Source: Minisyncoccota bacterium (GTDB lineage: Bacteria; Patescibacteriota; Minisyncoccia; UBA6257; UBA9933). Taken from it: 64,000 nucleotides of DNA. Made by a program: the position numbers and the translations under genes. Within the stretch, counting starts at the first letter, position 1. Every line of letters starts with the position of its first letter. Location: positions 6,896 to 70,895 of the forward strand of contig JBAZLC010000002.1 of assembly GCA_041650415.1 (NCBI GenBank), read 5' to 3'. Of this stretch, positions 48,025 through 57,379 are shown piece by piece. Under the pieces are notes generated by a model, which was not told the DNA's origin, made no database searches, and saw only the letters and a list, made by a program, of their open reading frames with translations.

Positions 48025-48127
48025 GTGCGCGGGAGAGGATTCGCCTACAAGTAAAATTCCTGACGGAATTTTCTCGCAGGCCGCCCCTCGCCCCGCTTCG
48101 CGGGGCTGCGGTCTTCGAATCCTCCAC
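48025..48127 (-). repeat. Direct partial copy of the tRNA-Leu(GAG) 3' end, split at the T-loop by a 74-nt hairpin insert
   Basis: 48025-48043 is identical to 48172-48190 (19/19). After the insert the copy resumes as TTCGAATCCTCCAC. Confidence 0.8.
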
Positions 48128-48136
48128 TAATTCATC

Positions 48137-48166
48137 AATTTTTGGCATACAAATATGCCAAAAATT
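48137..48166. terminator. Hairpin downstream of tRNA-Leu(GAG)
   Basis: AATTTTTGGCATA-CAAA-TATGCCAAAAATT. Confidence 0.7.
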
Positions 48167-48172
48167 TATGAG

Positions 48173-48255
48173 TGCGCGGGAGAGGATTCGAACCTCCACG
48201 ACCTTGCGGTCACTACCACCTCAAAGTAGCGCGTCTGCCATTTCGCCACCCGCGC
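48173..48255 (-). tRNA. tRNA-Leu(GAG)
   Basis: GCGCGGG acceptor, anticodon arm CTACT-TTGAGGT-GGTAG, long variable arm, GGTTCGAATCC. Confidence 0.95.
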
Positions 48256-48266
48256 ATTTTAAAAAA

Positions 48267-48569
48267 TTAGGACGCCAAACCAATTCTCTTCCGAGTCTTC
48301 TTCTTGGAAAAATCTCTAAGGAAATAAAGTTTTGCTTTGTGGACTTTTTTGGGAGAGCTGACTATTTTTACTTTAACGATATTAGGAGAATTTATCGGAT
48401 AAACTTTTTCCACTCCGACTTCCTGCAAGGTCGCGCGCACCGTAAAAGTCGCACCGCTTTCCTTGCCATGTTTCCTTGCCAAAACCACGCCTTTAAAAGT
48501 CCCAAGCTTATCTTGGACCGCTATTGTGGCGCCTGGTTTTATTTGTTTTAAAATTTGTTCTGGAATCAT
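48267..48569 (-). CDS. rplS: 50S ribosomal protein bL19
   Basis: FKGVVLAR, TFTVR, GVEKVYPINSP, AKLYFLRD. Confidence 0.95.
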   Translation of the reverse strand: MIPEQILKQIKPGATIAVQDKLGTFKGVVLARKHGKESGATFTVRATLQEVGVEKVYPINSPNIVKVKIVSSPKKVHKAKLYFLRDFSKKKTRKRIGLAS

Positions 48570-48633
48570 ATAAATAATTTAGTATGGATATACTAATGCC
48601 TTTTTAGAAAAAGGTCAAGAATGGCCAATAAAA

Positions 48634-48680
48634 TAAAAAATCGGGAGGAAATCATCGGAACGTCCGACTTTCTCCCGATT
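48634..48680 (-). terminator. Intrinsic terminator of the Zn-ribbon gene
   Basis: AATCGGGAG...CTCCCGATT stem followed by a T-tract on the minus strand. Confidence 0.7.
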
Positions 48681-48955
48681 CAGGCTGTTGTCGTTTGGAA
48701 CGAAGGAGTGGCGATACGACTCTTATCGCATAATTCGCAGACCTCGATATGAGTATGCACCGGTTTTCCATTTACTCCTTCATTTCTTACGTAGAGATTA
48801 CCGCATCCACGACATTCGACAATTCCATTAGTGTCCCATTTTTTGGCGCAACTTAAACAGGAATAAAACATTTTCTTGCCAACCGATACGCCACTTTTTA
48901 TTATGGAGATTTCAATTACACATTCTACTTCATTATCACAAAATCTGCATTTCAC
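48680..48955 (-). CDS. Small protein with four CxxC pairs (double zinc ribbon)
   Basis: CRFC, CLSC, CRGC, CELC. The GTG start at 48955 is 6 nt after an SD-like GGGGGTG. Confidence 0.7.
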   Translation of the reverse strand: MKCRFCDNEVECVIEISIIKSGVSVGKKMFYSCLSCAKKWDTNGIVECRGCGNLYVRNEGVNGKPVHTHIEVCELCDKSRIATPSFQTTTA

Positions 48956-49025
48956 GTTGCGCACCCCCCTTCATCACAAAATAAGATTATGAAAAGTTTG
49001 TAAAGACCAAACTTTTAATATTTAT

Positions 49026-49054
49026 ATAATAACAAACTTTTTATCCGATGTCAA
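49026..49054 (-). promoter_or_regulatory. Sigma70 promoter of the Zn-ribbon gene
   Basis: TTGACA-N17-TATTAT with an extended TG. Confidence 0.75.
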
Positions 49055-49764
49055 GCCAAAATTTCTCCACTTTTCAGTAAAATCTCCAATTCTTCAGGTA
49101 ATTCGGCTTCCAGCTTGATTCTTCCGCCTTCTTCAGGGCTAAATTCAAGCGATTTAGCATGTAAAAATATCCTTTTTAAGTCGAACGGGTTGGTTTTCTT
49201 GCCATAAAGCGTATCGCCGACAATCGGATGGCCTATTGAAGCCAAATGAATTCTTATTTGATGCGTCCGCCCGGTTTTTGGCGATACTTCAACCAAAGAA
49301 AAATCTTGTCCGTCTAAATTCAAATATTTTAAAACTCTATATTCGGTAACTGCGGCTTTCTCGTCTTTGCCCTGATGAACAGTTCTTTTTATCGTCCCTG
49401 ATTTTATGGAAATCGGCTTATCTATTATTCCCGTTTTTTCTTTTATTTTTCCGTAAACCAAAGCCAGATAATTTTTCTTTATTTGCCGGATTTGAAAAAG
49501 ATTTTTCAAATATTGAAAATATTCCTGATTCCGGGGAACTAATAATATTCCCGAGACATCTTTATCTAATCTATGAACAATCCCCGGCCGGATTTCCGGC
49601 TCATCGCCCACGTTTTTTACCTCGGGATAATTTTCAACCAGCCAGCCGGTTAACGCTGGTTCATTATTCTCTAATTTTACCGGATGAACCAATAATCCTG
49701 CCGGCTTAAAAACTGCCAAAAAATTTTTGCCTTTATAAATAACATAAGGTTCGTTTTGAGACAT
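49051..49764 (-). CDS. RluA/RluD-family pseudouridine synthase
   Basis: KPAGLLVHP, HRLDKDVSG, TGRTHQIRIH, GHPIVGDTLYG. The true start is ATG 49764; the track's extension runs through a tRNA. Confidence 0.92.
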   Translation of the reverse strand: MSQNEPYVIYKGKNFLAVFKPAGLLVHPVKLENNEPALTGWLVENYPEVKNVGDEPEIRPGIVHRLDKDVSGILLVPRNQEYFQYLKNLFQIRQIKKNYLALVYGKIKEKTGIIDKPISIKSGTIKRTVHQGKDEKAAVTEYRVLKYLNLDGQDFSLVEVSPKTGRTHQIRIHLASIGHPIVGDTLYGKKTNPFDLKRIFLHAKSLEFSPEEGGRIKLEAELPEELEILLKSGEILA

Positions 49765-49848
<84 letters not shown>

Positions 49849-49874
49849 TTATTGGTAATTTTAAACATATTTTC

Positions 49875-49903
49875 TTGATAAAATCAAGAAAAAAACTTAG
49901 AAT
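49875..49903 (+). promoter_or_regulatory. Probable leaderless parA promoter
   Basis: TTGATA-N17-TAGAAT, 7 nt before ATG 49911. Confidence 0.65.
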
Positions 49904-49910
49904 ACAATTA

Positions 49911-50732
49911 ATGGCTAAAGTAATTTCCATTTGTAATCAGAAAGGGGGCGTTGGGAAAACTACAACGTCCGTCAATTTAAGTTCTTATCTCGCGGCTCTT
50001 GGAAAAAGAGTTCTATTGATTGATTTCGACCCGCAGGCAAATGCCACTTCAGGCCTAGGTATAGACCCCAAAAGCGTCGCCGACAACATTTATCACGGAA
50101 TGATAGGTTATACCGAAGCCGACAAACTTATAAAAAACACGGTTATTTATAATCACCACTTAATTCCAGCCAATCAAAGCTTAAGCGGCGCGCTTATTGA
50201 GCTTGTCAGCCTGGAAGACCGCGAATTTTTACTGCGTAAATTCATTAATCGCCTTCGCCATCAATACGATTATATTTTTATAGACCTGCCGCCGAGCTTA
50301 AACTTGCTCACTCTTAACGGCCTTGTGGCATCCGACGAAGTTTTAATTCCGATTCAATGCGAATATTATAGCCTTGAAGGGCTTAGCCAAATCTTGGAAA
50401 TAGTTGATTTGATAAACAACAACCTCGGACGGCAAATAAAAGTTGCCGGCGGACTCCTGACAATGTATGATAAGAGGGAAAAACTTTCCCGTGAAGTCGC
50501 CAAAGAGGTTCGGACGCATTTCCCGCATAAAGTATTCGATACCGAAATTCCCCGCTCCGTTTCTTTGGCCGAAGCGCCAAGTTTCGGCAAACCGATTATT
50601 CTGCACGACCCGAATTCCCAAGGCGCCAAAGCGTATGAAAGATTAGCAAAAGAAATAATGGAAATGGAATTGGGAATTCTAAACAACGAATTGGGCCGAA
50701 ATCCATTTTATCCGAATAATTTTAATTCTTAA
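49911..50732 (+). CDS. parA: Chromosome partitioning ATPase ParA/Soj
   Basis: NQKGGVGKTT, DFDPQANAT, DLPPSL, QCEYYSLEG, LAEAPSFG. Confidence 0.95.
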   Translation: MAKVISICNQKGGVGKTTTSVNLSSYLAALGKRVLLIDFDPQANATSGLGIDPKSVADNIYHGMIGYTEADKLIKNTVIYNHHLIPANQSLSGALIELVSLEDREFLLRKFINRLRHQYDYIFIDLPPSLNLLTLNGLVASDEVLIPIQCEYYSLEGLSQILEIVDLINNNLGRQIKVAGGLLTMYDKREKLSREVAKEVRTHFPHKVFDTEIPRSVSLAEAPSFGKPIILHDPNSQGAKAYERLAKEIMEMELGILNNELGRNPFYPNNFNS

Positions 50733-50743
50733 TTTATAAATTT

Positions 50744-51823
50744 ATGTTAGGCAAAGGACTGGAATCTTTAATTCCAAAAAAAAACGTTCCCGACGAACAA
50801 CAAACCGGACAACAAACCGAACCGGCAATTTTTCAGCCTCAGCCAACCACCCCAAAAGACTTAGGAGAAAGTTTTTCTTCTCCGAGACCTGCGCAGGCGA
50901 GCGGGCATGGTGTCCCGAGCGAAGCGAAGGACGAGCGAGCCGAGGAACAAGCGAGTCCCGCACGCTGGGAGGGACGAAGCGGGTCGAGGGAAGGAAAAAT
51001 TTCTCATAAATCCACCGACGCCATCTTCCACATTGAGGTCGAAAAAATCAAATCCAATCCCCTTCAACCCAGAAAAGAATTCGACCAAGAAGCCCTAAAA
51101 GAACTGGCGTCTTCAATCCGCGAATTCGGCATTCTCCAGCCGATCGTGGTTTCAAAAACAGAAATAGAAAAAGAATTCGGCGCCGACGTGGAATACCAGC
51201 TTATTGCCGGCGAACGGCGTTTAATGGCGGTTAAATTATTGGGCTGGGAAAGAGTGCCGGCGATAATAAGAAAGGTTGATACGAAAGCCAACCAATTGGA
51301 ACTGGCAATAATTGAAAACCTTCAAAGAGAAAATCTTAATTCTATTGAGACCGCCCGCGCCTATGCCAAACTGCAAGACGAATTCGGTCTGACTCAAAGA
51401 GAAGTCGCCGCCCGAATGGGTAAAAGCAGAGAAACAATTGCCAATGCTTTGCGGCTTTTAAGCTTGCCCATGGAAATCCAGGATGCCATCGCCAAAAATC
51501 AAATAAATGAAAGTCAGGCTCGCCTGCTTATGACAATCGAGGATCAATCCCAACAACAGCAATTATTCAAAGAACTCATTGAAAAAAGCCTGAGCGTCCG
51601 CAAACTCAAACAAAGAATCGGCAAGGCCAATATACAAACCACAAACAATATACAACAAACAACCGTTGACCCGGAAATGCTCGGACTTCAAGAAAAATTA
51701 ACCGAACTTTTGGGCGCCAAAGTAAGAATAGAAAAAGGCCAAAAAGAAGGAAAAATTATAATCTCTTTTTATTCTCCGGAAGAAATCCAGGGAATCATTC
51801 AAAAAATTCAGACCGATTTGTAA
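50744..51823 (+). CDS. parB: Chromosome partitioning protein ParB/Spo0J
   Basis: LGKGLESLI, NPLQPRKEF, GILQPI, IAGERR, ENLQRENL, HTH. Confidence 0.95.
   Translation: MLGKGLESLIPKKNVPDEQQTGQQTEPAIFQPQPTTPKDLGESFSSPRPAQASGHGVPSEAKDERAEEQASPARWEGRSGSREGKISHKSTDAIFHIEVEKIKSNPLQPRKEFDQEALKELASSIREFGILQPIVVSKTEIEKEFGADVEYQLIAGERRLMAVKLLGWERVPAIIRKVDTKANQLELAIIENLQRENLNSIETARAYAKLQDEFGLTQREVAARMGKSRETIANALRLLSLPMEIQDAIAKNQINESQARLLMTIEDQSQQQQLFKELIEKSLSVRKLKQRIGKANIQTTNNIQQTTVDPEMLGLQEKLTELLGAKVRIEKGQKEGKIIISFYSPEEIQGIIQKIQTDL
50872..50999. repeat. GC-rich structured element in-frame within the parB N-terminal linker
   Basis: Terminal imperfect inverted repeats (TTTTTCTTC...GACCTGC / GCGGGTC...GAAGGAAAAA); shares GAGTCCCGC and GGGACGA with 18644-18721. 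Confidence 0.65.
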
Positions 51824-53526
51824 CTTATCTCTTTCACTCCCTCCACTTTTTTAAGCTTAAAAACCAAGCCCTCTATTTTTCTTTTATCGCTTATATCGCA
51901 GACCAATTTTATATTTGGAAAACCGCCCGTTTTTATAAAATTAGCGTTCACTATGTTAATGCGCGAACGGGAAACAACCGCAGTAATGTCTTTTAAAATT
52001 CCTATCCTGTCCAAAATTACGATTCTGAATTCCGTACGCGTGTTTTTCTTTTGAGTAAAACTGCTCGATGTTTTAAGTCCGGATTTTATTTTTCTTCTGG
52101 CCTGGTCTGTTTTGGCAAACCGCAGCCACGACTCCGAAGGCTTTTTGCTTTTTTGCATTAAAATCTCCACCATATCGCCAGATTGAAGCTGATAATCAAG
52201 CGGGCTTATTCTGCCGTTTATTTTTACTCCAACGCATTCATCTCCAACCGAACTATGAATGGAATAAGCGAAATCAACCGGTGTCGCTCCAGCCGGCAAA
52301 TCAATAACTTCTCCTTTTGGGGTAATGGCAAAAATCCTGTCTTTGAAAAAATCTATTTTAAGCGATTTTAAAAAGTCTTCCGGATTGGAAAAATCTTTTT
52401 GCCAGTTTTTTAATTGCTGAACCCAAATTAATTCATTTCTATCGGCGAAAGAAATTTTTTTGTCCAAATAATCTTTTGTTCCCTTTTTTTGTTCGTACGC
52501 CCAGTGGGCGGCAATTCCGTTTTCGGATTCTTCATGCATTTCCAAAGTTCTAATCTGAATTTCCGTCGGCTTATTGTCAAGACAAAAAACCGTGGTATGT
52601 ATACTCCGATAACCGTTCGGTTTTGGTAAAGCGATATAATCTTTTATTCTTCCCGGAAGCGGCGGCCAAAGATTATGGACTATTCCTAAAGCCGCATAAC
52701 ACTCTTCTATTGATTTAACAACAACTCGCAAAGCGACCAGGTCGTAAATTTGGTCCAAATTCATATCATGGCGGAGAAGTTTTTTATAAAGCGAACTGTA
52801 ATGTTTCGCCCTAAAATCTATTTTTAAAGGCTCTATGGAATTTTCTTTTAAAGCCTTTCTTAAAACCGGCTCAACTTTTTCCAAATATTTTTGGCGTTCT
52901 TCAAAGCGTTCCTGAACGCTTTCCAAAAGCCACTGATATTCTTTGGGATAAAGATAATGAAACGCCAAGTCTTCAAGTTCACCGGCGAAACCCGTCATTC
53001 CCAAACGATACGCCAGTGGAGCGTAAATCTCGTAAGTCTCAAGGGCTATTCTCTTCTGCTTTGGAAGCGGAAGAAAACGCAATGTTCTCATATTATGATA
53101 CCGGTCCGCCAATTTTATGATTATAACTCTGATGTCATGACTGATCGCCAAAAGCATTTTCCTGATATTTTCCGCCTGTTTTTCTTCTTGGTTACGATAT
53201 TTCAACCGGCCAAGCTTTGTCACACCGTCCACTAAAAAAGCCACTTCCGCGCCGAATTCATTTTTTATCTTTTCCAAATCTATTCCCTTGCCGTCTTCAA
53301 TTACATCATGAAGCAAAGCCGCGGCGATTGTTTGATAATCCAATTGCCATTGAGCAACTTTTAAGGCCGTCTCAAAAGAATGGTTAAAATAAGGTTCTCC
53401 TGATTTTCTTTTTTGTCCGGCATGAGCGGCTTCGGCAAATTTAAAAGCGCGCCTGATAAACTCAATTTCTTTTTCGGATTTAGGAGACTTTTTTTGAAAT
53501 TCGCTTAATAAATCCTTTAAATCCAT
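51808..53526 (-). CDS. RelA/SpoT (p)ppGpp synthetase/hydrolase
   Basis: HAGQKRKSGEPY, LLHDVIED, KPNGYRSIHT, EIQIRT, TGS (TPVDFAY), ACT tail. Confidence 0.95.
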   Translation of the reverse strand: MDLKDLLSEFQKKSPKSEKEIEFIRRAFKFAEAAHAGQKRKSGEPYFNHSFETALKVAQWQLDYQTIAAALLHDVIEDGKGIDLEKIKNEFGAEVAFLVDGVTKLGRLKYRNQEEKQAENIRKMLLAISHDIRVIIIKLADRYHNMRTLRFLPLPKQKRIALETYEIYAPLAYRLGMTGFAGELEDLAFHYLYPKEYQWLLESVQERFEERQKYLEKVEPVLRKALKENSIEPLKIDFRAKHYSSLYKKLLRHDMNLDQIYDLVALRVVVKSIEECYAALGIVHNLWPPLPGRIKDYIALPKPNGYRSIHTTVFCLDNKPTEIQIRTLEMHEESENGIAAHWAYEQKKGTKDYLDKKISFADRNELIWVQQLKNWQKDFSNPEDFLKSLKIDFFKDRIFAITPKGEVIDLPAGATPVDFAYSIHSSVGDECVGVKINGRISPLDYQLQSGDMVEILMQKSKKPSESWLRFAKTDQARRKIKSGLKTSSSFTQKKNTRTEFRIVILDRIGILKDITAVVSRSRINIVNANFIKTGGFPNIKLVCDISDKRKIEGLVFKLKKVEGVKEISYKSV

Positions 53527-53540
53527 GCCATCAGTATATC

Positions 53541-55742
53541 TTATTTCTTATGCGGATTGTAGTTTGAGCAAGATTTGTCCGAACATCTTTCCGGAATGGT
53601 TTTTGTTCCTTGCATCATCAAAGAACCGCAAAGCTTGCAGATATTTCCCGTTGGTTTAGCCTTCATTATAAAATCACACTTCGGATAGTTCGAGCAAGAA
53701 TAAAACAGCCCAAATCTGCCGCGGCGCTCAACGATTTCGCCTCCGCCAGCCGGCGGACACTTCGGACAGTTAACTCCGGTTTTTGCCTTGGCTTCTTCTT
53801 CGGCACTCTTTTTAATAAATTTGCACTTTGGATAATTGGAACAAGCGACAAATCTGCCGAACCTTCCTTCACGTTCAATTAATTTCCCTTCGCATTTAGG
53901 ACATGCCTCTCCAGTTTCTTTGGGTCCTTCCATTACTGAACCGTCTATCTTTCTCGCTCCGGAACATTCCGGAAATTTCTTACAGCTCAAAAATTTTCCG
54001 GTTCGGGAAAGTTTGATTACCATCGGCCCGCCGCAAACCGGACACTTAATTTCCTTATCCGCTTCGCCTAAATCGGTTATTTTTCCGGCAGTTTTTTCTT
54101 TTTCTTTAACATCTTTCGAAAAAGGCTTATAAAAGTCGCTTAGCATTTTCTCATACTTTCTTTTTCCTTCGGCGATTTCATCCAATTCATTTTCCATTTC
54201 CGCGGTAAAAGAATCACTTATATATTTCGCGAAGTTTTTTTCAAGAAAATCACTTACCACTTCCCCCGTATCGGTGGGCTTTAACGCCTTACCCTCTTTT
54301 ATCACATAACCTCTGTCTTGAATTGTCTTTATAATGGCGGCGTAAGTGCTCGGCCTGCCTATTTCCCGCTTTTCAAGCTCTTTAATAAGGCCCGCTTCGG
54401 TATAACGGCCTGGCGGCTCGGTTTGTTTGCCTTCGCTTGAAATATCCAAAAGCTTTAAAGAATCTCCCTTGGAAACTTGCGGAAGCTCAATATCTTCTCC
54501 ACGGCTTCCGGCATCGGCTGCCAACCAACCCGGAAAAACTATAACACTGCCATTTGCCGAAAAATTCGGAATTATTTGTTGTTTGTCATTTGTGGTTTGT
54601 AGTATATTGGCCGATATTTTCGTTCTTAAAATTTTGGCGTCTGCCATTTGCGAAGAAATTGTCCTTTCCCAAATCAATCTATAAAGTCTTTTTTGCTCTT
54701 CATTCATTCCGGCGGATTTTTTCGCCGCGCTTGCCGGCCTTATGGCCTCGTGCGCTTCCTGGGCATTTTTACTCTTTGAAGAATAAATTCTCGGCATCAA
54801 ATAATTTTTTCCGAATTCCTTTTCTATTGCCTGATAAATCTGCGGCAGCGCTTCTTTACTTAAATTGACGCTGTCCGTCCTCATGTAAGTTATCAGCCCT
54901 TGTTCGTATAATTTTTGAGCAATACCCATTGTCCGGGAAGGCGAAAAGCCCAAACGCGAACTCGCCGCTTGCTGCAAAGTGGCGGTAATGAAAGGCGGCC
55001 GCGGAGAACGTTTAATTTCCGTTTGACCGACTCCGGTTATTTCCCAATTGTTTTTTTGAGCGATTTCAACAATGCGGTTTGTCGCTTTCTCGCTTTTAGG
55101 CTCCTCATCGCAGACAAGAATTATTTTTTTACCGCTTTTCGTTTTGAATTCTCCGGTTATAACCCAAAAATCTTCCGGGACAAAAGCGCGGATTTCCCTT
55201 TCTTTTTCCATTATTATTCGCAAGGCCGGAGATTGAACTCTGCCCGCAGACAACCCGTAACGCACCTTTTTCCAGATAAGACCCGAAAGGTCATAACCCA
55301 CAAGCCTGTCTAAAACCCGACGCGCTTCCTGCGCTTTTACCAAATCGAAATCTATTTCCCTGGGATGCTTAATCGCTTCATTAATCGCCGGTTCGGTTAT
55401 CTCGTTAAAAGTTATTCTTTTTACTTTTGAATTTTTCTCACCGTTTAAATCGAGTGCTTCAACCAAATGCCAGGCTATCGCTTCACCTTCCCTGTCCGGG
55501 TCGGTGGCAAGAATCACTTGTTCGGCTTTTTGAGAATCGCTTTTTATATCAGCGATTATTTTTTCCTTTCCTTTTATATTTTCGTAATGTGGCAAAAAAC
55601 CGGCCTCGATATCTATGGCCTTTTTATTGCTTTTCGGCAAATCACGGACGTGTCCGATACTCGCTTTAACCACGTATCCATCAGGCAAATATTTTGAAAT
55701 TGTTTTTGTTTTCGCCGGAGACTCGACTATTAAAAGCTTCAT
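53541..55742 (-). CDS. topA: DNA topoisomerase I
   Basis: IVESPAK, ATDPDREGE, SAGRVQ, ITYMRTDS, QEAHEAIRP, C-terminal zinc ribbons. Confidence 0.97.
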   Translation of the reverse strand: MKLLIVESPAKTKTISKYLPDGYVVKASIGHVRDLPKSNKKAIDIEAGFLPHYENIKGKEKIIADIKSDSQKAEQVILATDPDREGEAIAWHLVEALDLNGEKNSKVKRITFNEITEPAINEAIKHPREIDFDLVKAQEARRVLDRLVGYDLSGLIWKKVRYGLSAGRVQSPALRIIMEKEREIRAFVPEDFWVITGEFKTKSGKKIILVCDEEPKSEKATNRIVEIAQKNNWEITGVGQTEIKRSPRPPFITATLQQAASSRLGFSPSRTMGIAQKLYEQGLITYMRTDSVNLSKEALPQIYQAIEKEFGKNYLMPRIYSSKSKNAQEAHEAIRPASAAKKSAGMNEEQKRLYRLIWERTISSQMADAKILRTKISANILQTTNDKQQIIPNFSANGSVIVFPGWLAADAGSRGEDIELPQVSKGDSLKLLDISSEGKQTEPPGRYTEAGLIKELEKREIGRPSTYAAIIKTIQDRGYVIKEGKALKPTDTGEVVSDFLEKNFAKYISDSFTAEMENELDEIAEGKRKYEKMLSDFYKPFSKDVKEKEKTAGKITDLGEADKEIKCPVCGGPMVIKLSRTGKFLSCKKFPECSGARKIDGSVMEGPKETGEACPKCEGKLIEREGRFGRFVACSNYPKCKFIKKSAEEEAKAKTGVNCPKCPPAGGGEIVERRGRFGLFYSCSNYPKCDFIMKAKPTGNICKLCGSLMMQGTKTIPERCSDKSCSNYNPHKK

Positions 55743-56617
55743 TTTATTGTATATCCTTGGCTTGTTTCCGTTAATATTCCCCTTATCACAAGCAAGGCGA
55801 TAATTTGATTAACCTTTTGCGGTTCAAGTCTAGTAATTTCGACTACTTTGTCAACCCCAACAGGAAAACCCGCTTGCTTCACGACTTCAAAAATATTTCT
55901 TTCTTCTTCTTTTAATTCACTCGCAATTTCCGTTTTTTCCGCTTTGAAATCCAAACCTAAATCTTCAAAAACATCTTCTATTGAACTTATAAGCATCGCT
56001 CCATCCCTGATAAGTTTATGAGAACCTAAATAATTTGAATGATTCATCGGTCCGGGCGCCACAAAAACTTCTCGGCCTTGTTCAGCCGCCAAACGCGCCG
56101 TTACAAGCGCTCCCGACCGTTCCGGCGCCTCGATGACAATAGTGGCATTACTTAATCCACTAACTATGCGGTTGCGTTCAAGAAAATTATTTTTAAAAGC
56201 TTCCGTTCCTGATGGATATTCGGAAATAACCGCTCCGCCGGTTTTAATTATTTTTTTTGCCAAATTCTCATTTTGCCGAGGATAAACCATATTCAGGCCG
56301 CAAGCCAAAACGGCGATTGTCCTTCCTTCTCCCAAAAGCGCGCCTTCATGCGCCGCCGTGTCTATTCCCATGGCCAGACCGCTTACCACGATAATTCCTT
56401 TTTTGGCGAAATTTTCCGCCATTTCTTTGGCTATTGCCCGGCCATAAGCCGTTGCCTTGCGCGTACCAACAATGGCGATTTTCGGCCGCTTAGCCAACGA
56501 CTCATCCAAAAAATTCCCCAAATAAAAAATTTCTTTGGGCGGATTCGAAATTTCCTTAAGTAAATCCGGATAATCAGTACCACCAAAAGAAACCTGATTG
56601 ATTTTTAAAGCATTCAT
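55739..56617 (-). CDS. dprA: DNA-processing protein DprA/Smf
   Basis: AIVGTR, VSGLAMGID, RNRIVSGL, SGALVTA. Confidence 0.97.
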   Translation of the reverse strand: MNALKINQVSFGGTDYPDLLKEISNPPKEIFYLGNFLDESLAKRPKIAIVGTRKATAYGRAIAKEMAENFAKKGIIVVSGLAMGIDTAAHEGALLGEGRTIAVLACGLNMVYPRQNENLAKKIIKTGGAVISEYPSGTEAFKNNFLERNRIVSGLSNATIVIEAPERSGALVTARLAAEQGREVFVAPGPMNHSNYLGSHKLIRDGAMLISSIEDVFEDLGLDFKAEKTEIASELKEEERNIFEVVKQAGFPVGVDKVVEITRLEPQKVNQIIALLVIRGILTETSQGYTIK

Positions 56618-56618
56618 C

Positions 56619-56631
56619 TTATAATTATAAT
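56619..56631. promoter_or_regulatory. Palindromic bidirectional -10 element (TTATAATTATAA)
   Basis: TATAAT on both strands; 6 nt from the dprA ATG. Confidence 0.6.
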
Positions 56632-56650
56632 GTAGGTTAACAAAAAAGAT

Positions 56651-57166
56651 ATGGATTTTAAGAAACGTTTATTGATAACAATCGGCATCCCTCTGGGAAT
56701 TTGTGCGCTTTTAATCGGAGCGACAATTTTTATCGGCTTTGATATCGGCGATCGGGCGACAAACGCAAATGAAAAAAGACTTACTTTTATTTCCCGGCTG
56801 GCGATTGCCGATTCTTTGGCATCTTTAAAAAAAGATTCCGAACAAATCAAAAGCTATTATACTGTTATTGAAAATATATTGCCGAAAAGGGACCGTCTTG
56901 TTCTTTTTCCAAGAGATATAAATACTATCGGAGCACAAAATAATTTGGATATAAATATTACCTTGGGACAAGGAGCTGTCGGCGGCGAAGGCGGATACTG
57001 GGACACAAAATTCAAAATAAACGGGAAAGGAACTATTGAAAATTTTATCAATTTCATTAAAAAACTGGAAAACGGCCAATATTTAATCGGTCTCGAAAGT
57101 ATTGACTTTACGAGAGAGGGTGATAACTTTAAAGCGCTATTAAGCGGTGATGTTTTCTCAATGTAG
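56651..57166 (+). CDS. PilO-like protein (second copy)
   Basis: TM, ILP, GKGTIENFINFIKKLE. Confidence 0.6.
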   Translation: MDFKKRLLITIGIPLGICALLIGATIFIGFDIGDRATNANEKRLTFISRLAIADSLASLKKDSEQIKSYYTVIENILPKRDRLVLFPRDINTIGAQNNLDINITLGQGAVGGEGGYWDTKFKINGKGTIENFINFIKKLENGQYLIGLESIDFTREGDNFKALLSGDVFSM

Positions 57167-57168
57167 CC

Positions 57169-57369
57169 ATGTTTAAAAACAAACAGGAATTGATATTTAT
57201 AGCGACTAGTATTTTACTTATTTTGTTTTTAGGGTTTTTTATTTTTAATTCTGTCAATTTCTTGTTTGATAATACGACAAAAGCTCTAAGCCAAGACATT
57301 TCCCAAACGCAAAAAGACGCCAAATTCAACATAGACGGATTGAAAAAATTAGGCATTATACCGCAATAA
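57169..57369 (+). CDS. Small single-TM hypothetical protein
   Basis: 66-aa ORF 2 nt after the upstream gene. Confidence 0.6.
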   Translation: MFKNKQELIFIATSILLILFLGFFIFNSVNFLFDNTTKALSQDISQTQKDAKFNIDGLKKLGIIPQ

Positions 57370-57379
57370 ACCAAATTTT

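Noticed and set aside
48008-48199. 63-aa ORF with a repeated RILSRA
   Set aside because: It is a translation of the tRNA 3' end and its duplicate.
30370-48255. ICE or prophage integrated at tRNA-Leu
   Set aside because: The duplicate is adjacent to the tRNA, no integrase, relaxase or phage gene is present, and core genes lie in between.
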